Of a stretch of 64,000 nt of DNA, positions 13,407-26,014 are shown piece after piece. Under the pieces are notes generated by a model. It searched no databases. It had not been told where the DNA came from and saw only the letters and a program-made list of their open reading frames with translations. Made by a program: the position numbers and the translations under genes. The DNA is from Tubulanus polymorphus (lineage: Eukaryota > Animalia > Nemertea). Numbering within the stretch: position 1 is the first letter of the stretch; the number at the start of each line of letters is the position of its first letter. Location: the NCBI RefSeq assembly GCF_964204645.1, contig NC_134030.1, positions 3,514,778-3,578,777 on the forward strand, given 5' to 3'.

Positions 13407-16400
13407 TCAACGTACATCACTCGGGTTTGAATTACTGTCCGTCATGTCGCAGTATTTCTTATATTTTCCCAGTAGTAATTGCCGGAGTTTTGCGACGCAG
13501 ACATCACTGGCGCTTTTCGCTTCTTTGCTGATCAGTACAAAGTTCAGAAAACCATGCGGTAGATCCTTTACAACGGTGAGTCCGACATCGTTACCAATTC
13601 GTTGTAATCGTTTGGCGAACATGACCGAGTCGTCCAGAAGACTATCGAGTTCACTTGTCTGAAAGTATAACAAGGAAATAAGTAAAGCATTCATAGTTGG
13701 GACGATCTGTATGTTGACTTCTTATCCAATAATGATTTACATTTAGTGAATTAAACTGGAAATAGAAACTCAAAAATAGAAATGAATACTTTAACCCAGT
13801 TTTACTGCTGTATCAAGCCAGACAGTAAACTGCGTTTGGCGCAGAACCCATTGGATTATTACGGGCCCAACATGAAAAATGCTTGAAATTTTCCTACCCC
13901 AATTCATGTGTTCATTACCCATCATGGCTTTGACTGCCCCAGAATTCCCATAATGGTGGAGAAAAAAGACAGTGAGATCTGAGGCAAGCGCAGTCTAGTG
14001 TTTGGGGCCAGTTACTCAAAAGTTGGTTAAAGATAACGATTGGTAGAACACTATATCCGTGTTGACGCGGATCCGTGTCATCTTCAGGAATAATGAAGAT
14101 TCATTATTCCTGAAGATGACTATTAGGATATAGTCGAAACGTTGAAATAAACTACTATCTCGAAGTTTCATTTTCGGACTTTTTATTATCATTGTGGGAT
14201 TCTCTCCTCATTGGTTAAAGATAGTTTATGGATGAATGCCACTTTGTCAACTATCCACTGGTTAGCTCTAACCAACCAGCCTCTGATATAATAAATCATA
14301 CTTACCACGAGTTCGATGGGAGGTAGTTGACTCAACCACTGATCTGACGCGTACCACGGTGACATCAGCGGATCCGATGGTATCGGTAGATGCCGATACT
14401 TGTACAATCTCGGTTGAATGTCCTCTTTAATCAGTAAACTGGAAGGTTTAACGCGTTGCGGAGTCGTCGGTTGTTTTTTCGGCGATGATCCCGCGATTAA
14501 CGCCGGAGTCGATGAACTCTTCGCTATCCCGCGATTACTACTCTTGTAACCGAAGAGTTTACTCAGCGAGAAATTTCCGTATTCGAGTTTCGACGAAATT
14601 TTCGACGTAATCGACGACGAAAACGCCATGAAACCGTCGGTTACGTCATCGTCAGGACTCGGCGTGATGTCCAGTTCTTCAGAACTGCGGTGGAAATGAA
14701 CGACCGGCTCGGTAGCTGATCGGTGATTTAGAAGGTGCTGGGGCGGGCGTTCGGGAATCGCCTCCAGGCTGTTCGATAGGTCTTCGTTCGCGGTTTGTAA
14801 ACTCGACGGGCTCGAAGTGGAAACAGACGACGCGCGATAGTCAACTTCATCGGCCGGCGGACTAGAACGCGAATCGACTAGCGGACTAGAACGCGAATCG
14901 GTGTTTTCATACGCCCGACTGTCGATCAACAACACCGGATCGCTAGAATATCGACGATGGGTATTAACGACTTTCGGCTTCGCGACGAACTCCGCCGACT
15001 TTTTCGATGAATTCGCTTCGGCCGTTGTTTCCGCGATATCCGAACAGGAAACCGACTTTTCGATTTCGGAATCGATTTTCGCTGACGGACACCCGTTAGT
15101 GGCCGCGGCACCGGCGACGACCGGTAGTTTCAAGTCTGTATCGGATTCGACGACGAAATCGGACACGGACACCCCGCTGTCGACACCGTCAGCTGAATCG
15201 TTGCGACAGTCGGCCATATCGGTGCCGGTTTTCGATTTATCACAGACTGAATTATTTTCACAGTTTTCCGCGGTTGTTAAAATCGAACTCGAACGAGACG
15301 ACGAATCGTTCAAACTCGATGATTCGTTATCGATATTCTCATCAGCAGACGACGCCAGTTCTAAAATAATGTCGTCGCTTCCGAGTAGAAAACTGGCGCG
15401 CGACAATTTGTCGGGACTCGTTGAAAACTCGGATAGAGGAGTTGCGTAACTCGACGAGGTCATTGAGTCTGGAATGTCAGGGATATCGCTTTCATCCAAA
15501 CCGGCATACGCTGAAAACAATCAATATCCTTTAGTTAAATACACATTCAGCGCCATTGATGAGATTCATAGCTTAACAAGTGAGAGACATTTCATACTGA
15601 TTCGTTGATTGCAGATTGAATTTCAACTAAAATATCACGTTCAGGGTACCATGGCCACTTTTTTACTGTTTTTCTGCACGTGCGATTTGAAATCTGTGTG
15701 GTTAGGATATTATGTGTGAAATCATTTCATATTAGATCGTAACCACACGGACAGTGTTTCATCAATGTTTATCATTTACCTGCTAGACATCTGCTGAGTA
15801 ATCCTATTGGAAGCAGCGGATCCATAGTCGCTAACAGTCGCGACGGACCAGGCACATATCGCACGAGGGTCGGTGTGTAAACTGCTACGATGCCGTCAGG
15901 CATTCGGATTCCTAATTCAGCGGCTTTCAACGCGGTTGCAATGACGAGGTTTCCACCAGCGCTATCTCCTACTAAACAGATGTGCTCACCAGTAGAACCT
16001 AGCGATAAATCAAGTAGCATTTCATAGTATCATACAATTTTTTTGATATATCATAGAAATGATGATGGGGTGAGATTGGAGCATGGTGCATTTTCACATC
16101 TTTTATCCTTTTCAACTTTGTTCACTATAAAAAACCTGGATTTTTTTCACATTTCTTATCACATTGAAATAATCAAAATATGAATATTCTTTATGAAAAT
16201 TATTGTGAGCGTTGATATGATGACGCAGTCTATAAAATCAGACTCATAAGAATAGGCCTCAATGAAAAGGAGCGAAAATACACATGCTCTTCTTAATCAA
16301 GGCTGAAAAAGAAAGAACATTCTGCAGAAAAGCACATCAAAATATTCTGCCACCAAAATTTCAACTGATTTCACACATTTTTGTAAATATTCACTTTTTT

Positions 16401-19400
16401 TTCGCTGTTCTCTACAGTGAACTTTGAGATATGTTCACAAAGTTCACATTAATTAATCGATCAATCTCACTCCTACAATGATCTAAATTCCAGTACATAC
16501 CTAACCAATCACAGTTATCGACAGCCCAGGCGTACGTGTAGATACATTCCTCTAAAGCACGAGGGTACGGGAACTGTGGAGCCAATGAGTAATCGATGCT
16601 CAATATCGGTACCTTCAAATCTTTGGCCCAATGACGAAGATAAGTCTAAACAAATGAATAGAAAAACATTCAACTTAACTACAGGCTTTATAGTGAATCA
16701 GATACTGGTCTATCAGTGGCGGATCTGGAAGTGTAAGGCCTAGGTCCAGAAGAAAAGGTATTTCTCGGATAGAGCAGAGGATGAGGGTAAAATTTATAGG
16801 TTTTAACGATCTGTCTTGATGAAAAGGGTAACCTCGATAGGAAGGTAGGGATCTGAAACCCGGAGACCATGTCTAAATCTACCCCTGTATACACGGTCAA
16901 ACTTGGTTCAGTCACCATCAGATTGTCGCATTACTTAAGTTATCTTAATTTTGAGTTCCAATTATCATTTGCAATTCAACTTACTAACCGCAAGTTATTA
17001 CTTTTTGATAATTCATCAACATAACATTTGTCCCCACTACGACGAGTTAAGCGAGTTTTACTTTACTTTATAAGCCAGTATTCAATTAAAATACCTCATG
17101 CGATTTAGACGACTGCGCTACCCAACCACCTCCATGACAGTGTATAATCAGACAAGGCGACGGAGGCGAAGACTTGTGGCCAAACATATCTTTCGGGCAC
17201 AAATGTTCCTGGAATAATTCAATAAAAGCTACATTCAACATAAATTCATGAACGAAAACCTTATTTCAAAAGCCTTAGAACGAGCATAATCGGAATAGAT
17301 TAGCTATTTGGCTGATTAGTGTCAATCATCATAATCGGGTATGTTGGTTGAAATTATCCAATATGGCGCACTCAACAGCGACTTCAACCCCCAAATGCTA
17401 TCTTTAGATTAGATAATCGGCATACGCTAATCGATTATGATAACCAACGTTCATAAAAATGATGGATTATGACATAATCCATGCTCATATTAAAACATTT
17501 TGCATAATCATGTACACTAATCGAGTGTTCATAAATAGGCCTCAAGTCTAGTCACAGTAGAAAGTTAAGAATGATCTCACCTGGCCCTCGCGGAACTCGT
17601 GAGATATGAGTCTAGTGTGTATAACTCCGGGGTCGCCGTGAGATGACGGTGGGTTAATCGTAACGAGACGAGTTCCATCTCGGGATGGCATCTGATAAAC
17701 TTCCGGTTGTATATCGATCACCTGACTTACTCTAACCGGTGGACAGACGATCATCGGTAAAGTCTGCACGATTTCGGTCTCCGCTAAATTCCAGAATCCT
17801 TTACAGAAATTCACATCCGCGTTGAAAACAGCATTGCAAACCTGAGGTAATAAATCAATATTATAGTAATAATAATCAAACTAAAATCAATTATACAAAA
17901 AAAATGTAAAATACAACCACTTTCACCGCTTTCTGCCAATTTACAAATTCCCTGATTTTTCCATGTGATCACACAAAATTCCCAAAAAGTGAATCAGAGA
18001 AATTTCTAGGCTTAAAACGTTACAATTTGTTCATTTAATGAATCACATAGTGATAAAGAGAGGATTTCTCAACCAGGTTTCGTCTGGACCTTTTTTTGGT
18101 CTTTCGTTGGTGAACTGATTCACCCGATGAAGTTTATCTGCACTAGTAGTGAAAGCTCATAATATATTCTAATAAAGTCAGTGACCAGTACAATCTTCTC
18201 ATGTAGGCTACATATATCTAGAAAAATGTCAGTTAAAATTGATAGTTACTTTCTGAGCCCTCAATTCAGGATTCATTAGATATTTTCCGCCACTCATAAG
18301 GGATGATGTGAACTTTGACATAGACGTGCCGTGAAGTTCAGCTTTTTCGTAGTTTTCACTGTACCACGCCAACGCCACATTTAAACCATTCAGAGGTTTC
18401 TGCATCGATTCACAAAACTGTAATTCAAAATTTAGACGAAAGTTTATTGAAAACGAATTCAGTTTTGATGGCACTGATCTGGTGGGATAGCTACAGGCAC
18501 TTATGTAGGTAAAAAGCCCCAAGGTAATCCTGGGCCTAGTTTCCCAAGTTCAGCCTCTAGGCTTTCACTGCTTTCTTCATTTAAATGCTATTTGTCCAGG
18601 GTTTAAGATTATACGTCTATAAAACTTGGCCCTAGGGATTATTACCTGAGGATTTTAAGAGTATTTTGGGGTATTTCTTCCAAGGGAGAATTTTACATTG
18701 AGGGATAATTTAGGTGGGGAATTTGTCCCCTGGGTGATTTTACCTCGGGATATTTATATCAGGGGCTTTTAACTGCGGACCAAGGCACATGGTACTCATT
18801 GAATATTACCTGAAATCCTAAACATCTTCCAAAAAAACATTCCATATTGATCGTTTCGAGTTCTTTGAGCAATGCGTCAATCAGGGGACTTTCTCGTTCA
18901 AGAATTTCTTCCTTCGCGAACAGGTCGCCTTCCTGCGACCATTCGGGTAGTTTTTTGACGTACGCGCAACAAGACTTCAACTGTCCGAGGCAAGTCACGT
19001 ACGTTTCGAGTTCCCGACAATAATAACCGCTGCGGAACAACAATGAATCACAATTCGCCGAAACGTACTTCGCCAAACGCAAAATAATCAAACAACATTT
19101 ACGAATAACGAGAATTAAACTTCGATAGCCGTTCGCGCGAATCGCGCCGAAGTCGCATTTCGGTGCGACTTCGAATAACATAATCACGAGTTCTTCGACT
19201 CCTAGTTCTAAATGTTCGTAAAGCAGGCAGAACGTCGCGTGGAAACGCTGCCGATAGCTATCGGAACAGTCCTGGAAATATTCCATATTCCTGATCGCCA
19301 GCGACCGTAGCGTTTTGAAAAGTAGTATTATCTCGCGATGTTCTTGTTCATCTTTTTGAGCGTTCATCATCTTGTTCAACGCGGTCGCATCGTTTGATGC

Positions 19401-19421
19401 GCCGTCATCGGTCGTATCCAT
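13407..19421 (-). CDS. LIPE: Hormone-sensitive lipase, ~991 aa, 8 coding exons
   Basis: Exons 19421-18810, 18417-18250, 17841-17581, 17208-17095, 16645-16501, 15998-15780, 15510-14306 and 13658-13407, all GT-AG and phase-consistent. Motifs: HSL N-domain ([27 protein letters not shown]), HGGGW oxyanion motif, [16 protein letters not shown] nucleophile, LDSLLDD acid and LPHGFL His. Confidence 0.95.
14003..14280. mobile_element. Short MITE (GGGGCCAGTTACTCAAAAGTTGGTTAAAGATA...GGTTAGCTCTAACCAAC) interrupted by a ribozyme element
   Basis: An uninterrupted copy of the same element is at 34522-34648. Confidence 0.75.
14036..14210 (+). mobile_element. Penelope-like fold-back insertion, family A copy 1, with a hammerhead ribozyme on + (~14103-14150)
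   Basis: CTGAAGA-T-GACTA(ttaggata)TAGTC-GAAAC-GTT. TSD TTGGTTAAAGATA at 14023-14035 and 14211-14223. Lies in LIPE intron 7, antisense to the gene. Confidence 0.8.
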
Positions 19422-19867
19422 TTTGAGCGGCTCGATGTCAATAAGCCGCCAATAATAGTTAGAGTTTGGTCTTAATCAAAAAATGCCTGAAAATAATGAA
19501 CAAACACATTCTAACGATTAGGCCAACACAATATAGAATTAATATTAGTAGATAGGAAGGTTATAAAAAACATTACGCTATAACCAAACTGACCAAACTA
19601 GATAAAGATAAAGACAGACAAGTAAAGAGTAATACACTCCTACACTACAATATTCACTCTTCGTTATGTCTTTCTTGGGCGACAGGCTCAACAATATAAT
19701 CAAATTTGGTCAGCCTACACAGTAAATCATTCAAATTTACAATACAGTTGTTAATTGTCATGGTTGTTCACCTATTAGCCTAGTCTAGTACCTAGCCGTC
19801 GTTCTACACAAACAAATTGTTGTTGTAGGGAACCGGTAGGTAACAACGTCAACGTATTCAGACTACA

Positions 19868-20371
19868 AATGTCTATTTCAACCTGACTAGAGAGCATTCT
19901 GGGTGGCCTAGCTTGATCATTTTAGGTAGTACATACCTGATAAAGGTCTTAATAGGACCAGAAAGGACAGGCAGTCAACCTAAATCATCATTTTCTAATC
20001 CATTTGAAACTGTACTGAAGGATATCTAAAAAGTCTTCACTGAAAGGGGTTAAATGAAGAAAATAGACTCCATGATTTGAAAGTTTAACAATATGTTTCC
20101 ATGCCTACATACCAAACTTCAGTTGGTAGGCATGGAAACATATTGTTAAACTTTCAAATCATGGAGTCACAATTCTCTTCATTTAACCCCTTTCAGTGAA
20201 GACTTTTTGGATATTCTTCAATACAGTTTCAAATGGATTAAAAAACGATGATTTAGGTTGACTGCCGGTCCTTTCTGGTCCTATTAAGACCTTTATCAGG
20301 TATGTACTACCAAAAATTAGTGAGCTAGTAGGCCACCCGGAATGCTCTCAAGTCAGGTTGAAATAGACATT
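19868..20371. repeat. ~500-bp near-perfect palindrome (two ~245-bp arms, centre ~20117)
   Basis: AATGTCTATTTCAACCTGACT...ATGCCTAC pairs with GTAGGCAT...AGTCAGGTTGAAATAGACATT along the whole arm with scattered mismatches. Confidence 0.92.
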
Positions 20372-20524
20372 AATAAGTAGGCCTAACCTGTAATTAATTA
20401 GGTCTAGAGACAATACATCACCAGATCACCAAGTTGTCTGCATTTCGATGAAAGTCCAAAAACATTTTTTTAAAGCCAGCCTTATGTTATCAAAATCCAT
20501 AAACTAGAGCGTACAATGTTTACC

Positions 20525-20912
20525 TAAGTGAAGTGTGTAATTCGAACTTTGACAGCTGGCGTTATTTGAGATTGGGGTAACTCGAATTGATTATCCAGCC
20601 GTTCCCGATATGGACGCCATTCGCCAGAACAACAACCAAAGTTTCAGGTTTATTGAAATATACGATTCAAATCAGAAATGTTTAATCATGGCTCTCCAAT
20701 CTTATTCTCGGCTTTAAAAATCGTGAAACTTGGTCCTTAAAACGAGTGATTTTACATGGCTATTTTCAAGAGCCTCCAGGATCGGGAAATTTCTGATGAA
20801 TGACTCCCGATAACAAGTTCATCAAAGTCCATATCCGCGATATGAAGATTTGAAGAGAATAAAACAAGTAATCGGACTGAATAATCCGATCCGGGATTTC
20901 CCTATTGACAAA
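20525..20912. promoter_or_regulatory. Probable bidirectional promoter LIPE/UFC1
   Basis: A minus-strand donor AG|GTAAAC at ~20523 and an acceptor at ~19487 imply a non-coding LIPE exon 1 starting a few hundred bp from the UFC1 ATG (20913). The region is locally CpG-enriched. Inference. Confidence 0.5.
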
Positions 20913-21874
20913 ATGGTGGACGAAGCGACGAAAAAAACATTGGCCAAGATCCCGATGCTAAAAACAAAAGCCGGGCCTCGAGACAAAGAGTTATGGATCC
21001 AGCGACTGAAAGAAGAATACCATTGCTTGATTAAGGTGAATTTTTGTGTCGATTCGTTCATTACTTACAGAGAATTGGCGTTAAATATGTCACAATTTCT
21101 TCCAACGAGTTGTACTAATTATCGAAAAAAACAGATTTGTCCGCTCTCGATCTAGCCTGATTAGTACTGTGTTCTTTTTCAGTACGTTCATAATAACAAG
21201 GAAGCCGACAATGACTGGTTCCGGCTAGAATCGAATAAAGAAGGAACAAGATGGTTTGGAAAATGCTGGATGATCCACCAACTTCTCAAATATGAATTCG
21301 AAATAGAGTTTGATGTGAGTGTAGCCGCTTAACCTCTGCAGTCAAAGAGTTTAACGCAACTGTAATGAGGTCTTTACGTTTGACTCACAATCTAAGCTCA
21401 TCTCTCTTAAATTGTTTTTATCAGAGTGCATCCATAAAAAGTCTTATTTTTGTCTTGTATCAGTATGGTTTTGTCTAAAAATATCTATATTAAATTTTCT
21501 CTTTCATTTGTTGTTATTTTTGCAGATACCTATAACATATCCAACTACAGCCCCTGAAATTGCAATTCCTGAACTAGATGGTAAAACAGCTAAAATGTAT
21601 CGCGGAGGAAAGATCTGTCTGACTGACCATTTTAAACCTCTGTGGGCTAGGAATGTTCCTAAATTTGGTATAGGCCACGCAATGGCATTAGGGGTATGTC
21701 TTTTTGGTTGCTTCAAGAAAATTTCTTCAAGCTTTACTAAATTCATTTGATGATGCTGATTTGTGTTGATTTTTGTAGCTCGGTCCATGGTTAGCTGTAG
21801 AAATTCCAGATCTAATAGAGAAGGGTATCGTAGTACATAAATCAAGTAATGAAGCTGCGACCACTTCATCATAG
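20913..21874 (+). CDS. UFC1: Ubiquitin-fold modifier-conjugating enzyme 1, 172 aa, 4 exons
   Basis: Exons 20913-21035, 21183-21314, 21526-21693 and 21779-21874. [23 protein letters not shown]; [26 protein letters not shown]; [48 protein letters not shown] (catalytic Cys); [13 protein letters not shown]. Confidence 0.97.
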
Positions 21875-22989
21875 ATTACATTATTTACAATTGGTGCTGA
21901 TATCTGTTTTGAAATAAAGACTTTTATTTATTATTGAAAGAAATTTCAATGAAGTTTATGTATGTTCAGGTCTCTGATAATAAAGATTATGAATGAATGG
22001 AATGATTAAAGTTTTTTTCACAATTTTCTATATGATTTCATAATGAAGGATCAGGGTCTGTTAAGAGAAAGTGAAGTGCAAAGAAATTCGAACAGAAACA
22101 TAGATATACGTTAATCGTAAATTATAGATAACAAATAAAAAGCACCACTTGAAATCAAATAATTCAATTGTTACAAAAATTTGTATCATCGTATCATTAA
22201 TTACCTAACAGCAGCAAAATTCTATTCCTGAGAACAATTGTGATTTTTCTTTTTCATTAACGAGTTTAATGAAATTTTTGACGAATATGTTACGATAAAA
22301 AATGTTCCCACAAAGGAAAATATTTGTATTTTTTATTTTTTTCTGAAAAATACCAATTCTAATTCCATTTTCTTAGATATTTCAGCAAAAATACATATTT
22401 CGATTTTTAGTTGCGAGCACTTATTCCGCATGAAATTTTTGTTTCCCTATCACCTTGACTTGCAACTGTTTTAGCTTAATACGATTAAAAGCATTTGTAT
22501 TTCTTAATTTATTTCTATAGAATACAGCGTAGTCTTTCATTGCATGATCGAAAACTTTAGTTTGAATCCAAATATCCCACCGTCTCGAAGTGAGCACAGT
22601 GTGAGGAGTGATGCCGCGGCGAACTGTGATAGTGAGCAGATATTTTTCAGTCAGTGTCTTATTGCGGAAACGAAATATCAAGACCTCGATTCAGCTATCG
22701 AAAATATTCTCTTACATCTACATTAATTAATTCATCTATGCCTAGACCTTATTTTTTCCCTTTAAAAGAAATAAGTCATTTTACACATAAAATATTTTCT
22801 TCTTATAAATCAACCTTTCAAATGAATTATTAGTCAGAACATTTTCCTTATCGTTATTGTTGAATCATTTTCGATATTTACGACGGATCAGAATATTCAA
22901 TCAACTCAAAATGTTCTTCCATTCGTCTAGCGCGTGCCTAGATATTTCGCCGTTTCGTCAAATATTGTCGTGAGTTTGGGTTTTTTCGG

Positions 22990-23026
22990 GACCTGACATG
23001 ACAGGTAAGACCTGTCATGTCAGGTC
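22990..23026. repeat. Perfect 17-bp-stem hairpin upstream of the GATAD1 ATG
   Basis: GACCTGACATGACAGGT-AAG-ACCTGTCATGTCAGGTC. Confidence 0.9.
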
Positions 23027-23108
23027 TTGAGGTTCTGGAAACTCTGCAGACATACATCATTCCAAAAATTATTTTCCTTCCAATTAATTCGGAAAATCGT
23101 GCTAGAAA

Positions 23109-26014
23109 ATGCCTCTAGGAGTGAAACCGATCTGCACAACGTGCAAAACGACGAACACTACGATGTGGCGAAAAGGTTCGCAAGGTGAAGTTCTGTGTAA
23201 CGCGTGCGGTTTGAAACAACAACAAAACGGCAGCAACAACGAATCGGACAAGTGCAGCAACAAATCAAACAGTAGCAGCTTGAATGGAAGCAGTTATCAT
23301 CGAGATCTTCACATCCCGCAAAGGAAGAGTTCAAGAATTAAACCGATGCCGCGTCCTCGGGGTACCTCAGCCGCCAAGTGGTCGAGTAAGGGTAAAAGCC
23401 GCCGTATGATTTTCAAAAGAAATGTAAGTTGACACAAACCCGGTCCGACAATCCCATTTTTTTATGAGTATTTTTCGGATAAGATTTTCAAGGATTATGC
23501 TGAATTTCTAATTGTTGTCGTTGTAGCCAATTAAATCTCCGTCATCGGTTTCTACTGTTGTTACATCTGACTGGGTTTTCTATCAGGTATGAAGAAGAAG
23601 AGCACGTGTTTACGGGTTTATACACAGGGTTTTTACAGATCGGAGAATTCTGCTGGACTTTCACGAAAAGTTGGGGAATTTCAATCGTCAGTGTCTTGAT
23701 ATTCTTGCCGGTGATGAGGCATGGGTGTCATAGAGACAGGCCAATTTTTGTTGTTCGTTTGTTTTGGCGTTACGTCGCTTGGATCTTGGCTTCCCAAGAC
23801 TAATCCGATTGGATTATTCATTTAACCTCAATACAGGACGGGCTTTGAAGTGTTGCCCGCACGCTGTAAGCAGCCAGCAGGACTCGAACCTGCTTGTCAA
23901 TTTAATCAGGGAATTTTGGATTCCATGATCTGTAAGAACCCTACAATTATTACGTACCTTATTATTACATTTAGCTCTAAATGTCTATGTTACATTAGTG
24001 AAAAATTGTCGTAGATTTTGAGTGAATGTTTTTTTATTTTTCAGGGATGTTATTTCCAAGTTGGTGACATCGTTTCACTTCTCGATCACGACGGAGGTAT
24101 TTATTACGCGCAGATACGAGGTTTCATGCAAGATCAGTTTTTAGAAAAGAGCGCCATTATAACGTGGCTACTGCCGACTGAAGCTACGTGCGGAGATAGA
24201 TTTGATCCGGCTACTTATATCTTAGGTGAGTTGTGTCAATTCAAAATTCCGGAGTTCATATCCACCTCAAAGACTGGCATTATCTTCAGGGTCCCTACAA
24301 CTCCTTGAATCCTTGAAAACTCCTTGATTTTTGAATATATTTTTCAAGGTCCTTGAAAATCCTTTAATTTTGAGAAATATCCATAATCTCCTTGAAACTC
24401 CTTAAATTCTGGGAAAGTCCTATTAAAAATTTTCAAAAGGTCCTTTTCAGAAGACAGTGTATTTATTCTATTATTCTTCATTGTGTGACTTGTGAGTGAA
24501 AGTTGTTTCACTTTGAGATTTATAACATTTAAACATGTAAAACCAAAACGGCACACACAACAACTGATCAAAATTTGAAGAAAACATGGATTTTGTTTTT
24601 GAATTTTCGACTTTTTTTCCTTATATATGACCGCGAAAACCTCCTTGAATTTTTAAAATTACTCCTTGAAAATTCCTTGAAAAGTCCTTGAATTCTGGAT
24701 ACCAGGAATTGTAGGAACCTTGATCTTTAACGCGGGGGTAAACTCAACTCATTTTCAATTGAGTTAACCCCCTGGCATCTTCACCCGTCAAGGGATTCGA
24801 ACCCACTACGCTAAAGCTGTTCGCCGAACCCCTTGACCTCACGAGTCGATGGAGTCGTTACTAGCCGACCAGAATCCGGTCGTACCAATCACAGCGCTTG
24901 TAACAAACGACTTTAGGCTTCTATTGGTTTTCCCGTTAAATGGACCAATCAGCGAACGTTTTACTGAACAAGGAAGTATTTCGCAAATCGATATATGACG
25001 TCATGCGCAACAGCGCCAGTAATGAAATCACGCTTCGTGAGGCCAGGGGGCTGGTGGAAGCGAGTTCGGGAGTGATACCGGACCCCTGGCAAGCGAGGAT
25101 GACCCCCTGGTTAAAGTTAACACCGCACTATAAAACCGCGCCAGGTTCCATTGATTGAAAGTTCATTTGATATAATATATCGTTCCCACAGTTACATGAA
25201 TTCAAAATTCCAAAGTTTTTCATGGATGATATCAATTTTCCCTTATGGATTTAGGCGTACTTTAAATGGATATATGCGATCATAGGCCTGCTACTGGGAT
25301 GTAAATATTTCAGTGGTGGCCGGTCGATAGCGATTTTCTATAAGCTTGCTGAAGAAGGTTGCTCTTGGGCAAGTAATCGACATTGCAGAGCTATGCTATA
25401 TGATGTTAAAATAAACTTCTCAAAGTAATATCTATCAAGTTTTTCACAATTTCCGTTTTGTAGGTACCATTATAAGTTCTAGCATTACTGTCAGACCTCA
25501 TTTTCAAGTTGGAAATTACTGGGATGGTGCAGAGGGTTGTGCATTGTTATCTACATCATTGGGATCCCAGATTGATGAACTTTGAAAACCTTTTCACATC
25601 ATCCACACTATTGCCTTCTTTCACTTCCATTTTAATGCGTATTTGAATATTATTTTTTCAGGACCTGAAGAAGATCTGCCGAGGAAACTCGAGTTTATGG
25701 AGTTCGTTTGTCACGCGCCATCCGAGTATTTCAAAGCTAAATTAGGTCCGTTTCCAACGATTCCGAATCAACCGGAATTATGTTACATCTGGACTACGTT
25801 TGGCTCGTGCATACGAACAATCCCGACTAAAGATGAAATATTCGGCCCGTGTTCGAAAGAGGATTTGTTACTGGATTCCGATTCGTCATACCACGGAGGA
25901 GCTACGAGTCGGTCGCTGTCAGGAGGTAATGTAGGACGACCGAGGAAACCTCGCGAACGCAAGATTTCTGTCACCGCGAAAGATAAAGACGTTGAAGAAA
26001 TCATGGAGTTTTAA
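23109..26014 (+). CDS. GATAD1: GATA zinc finger domain-containing protein 1, ~302 aa, 4 exons
   Basis: Exons 23109-23423, 23527-23586, 24045-24225 and 25662-26014. MPLGVKPICTTCKTT..TMWRKG..GEVLCNAC finger; KGKSRR.IFK; PIKSP; YFQVGDIVSL.D.DG..YYAQIRGFMQDQF.EKSA.ITWLLPT; FDP.TYI.GPEEDLPRKLE.MEFVCHAPSEYFK. Confidence 0.95.
23755..23893 (-). mobile_element. Truncated tRNA-derived SINE-like fragment
   Basis: Minus strand begins GCAGGTTCGAGTCCTGC (T-arm/B-box). No A-box or full cloverleaf seen. Confidence 0.4.
24287..24722. mobile_element. MITE with CAGGGTCCCTACAA / TTGTAGGAACCTTG TIRs and internal TCCTTGAA repeats
   Basis: TIRs and many short TCCTTGAA(A) units are visible; lies in GATAD1 intron 3. 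Confidence 0.7.
24776..25101. mobile_element. 326-bp non-autonomous DNA transposon with imperfect ~70-bp TIRs and a 9-bp TSD (MULE-like), nested in another MITE
   Basis: Ends CATCTTCAC... and ...GCGAGGATG. TSD ACCCCCTGG at 24767-24775 and 25102-25110. The host MITE has an empty copy at ~56617-56727; a second copy of the insert is at 52418-52744. Confidence 0.75.

Noticed and set aside
14901-15449. Long antisense ORFs (also 32129-32536, 33122-33367, 35196-35591, 44780-45541, 21504-21872)
   Set aside because: Shadow frames opposite real exons; no motifs or splice support.
18118-18180. Hammerhead-like CCGATGAAG...GAAAGCTC...AATAAA (similar start at ~40550)
   Set aside because: The core reads CCGA rather than CUGA and there is no convincing stem II; at most a decayed PLE end.
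24790-24835. GGTTCGAATCC B-box on the minus strand suggesting a tRNA gene
   Set aside because: No cloverleaf; it is part of an imperfect TIR and is mutated in the second copy.
24940-25158. Duplicated ORF MDQSANVL... (also 52582-52785)
   Set aside because: Lies inside a MITE; the frames diverge between copies and run into unrelated flanks.
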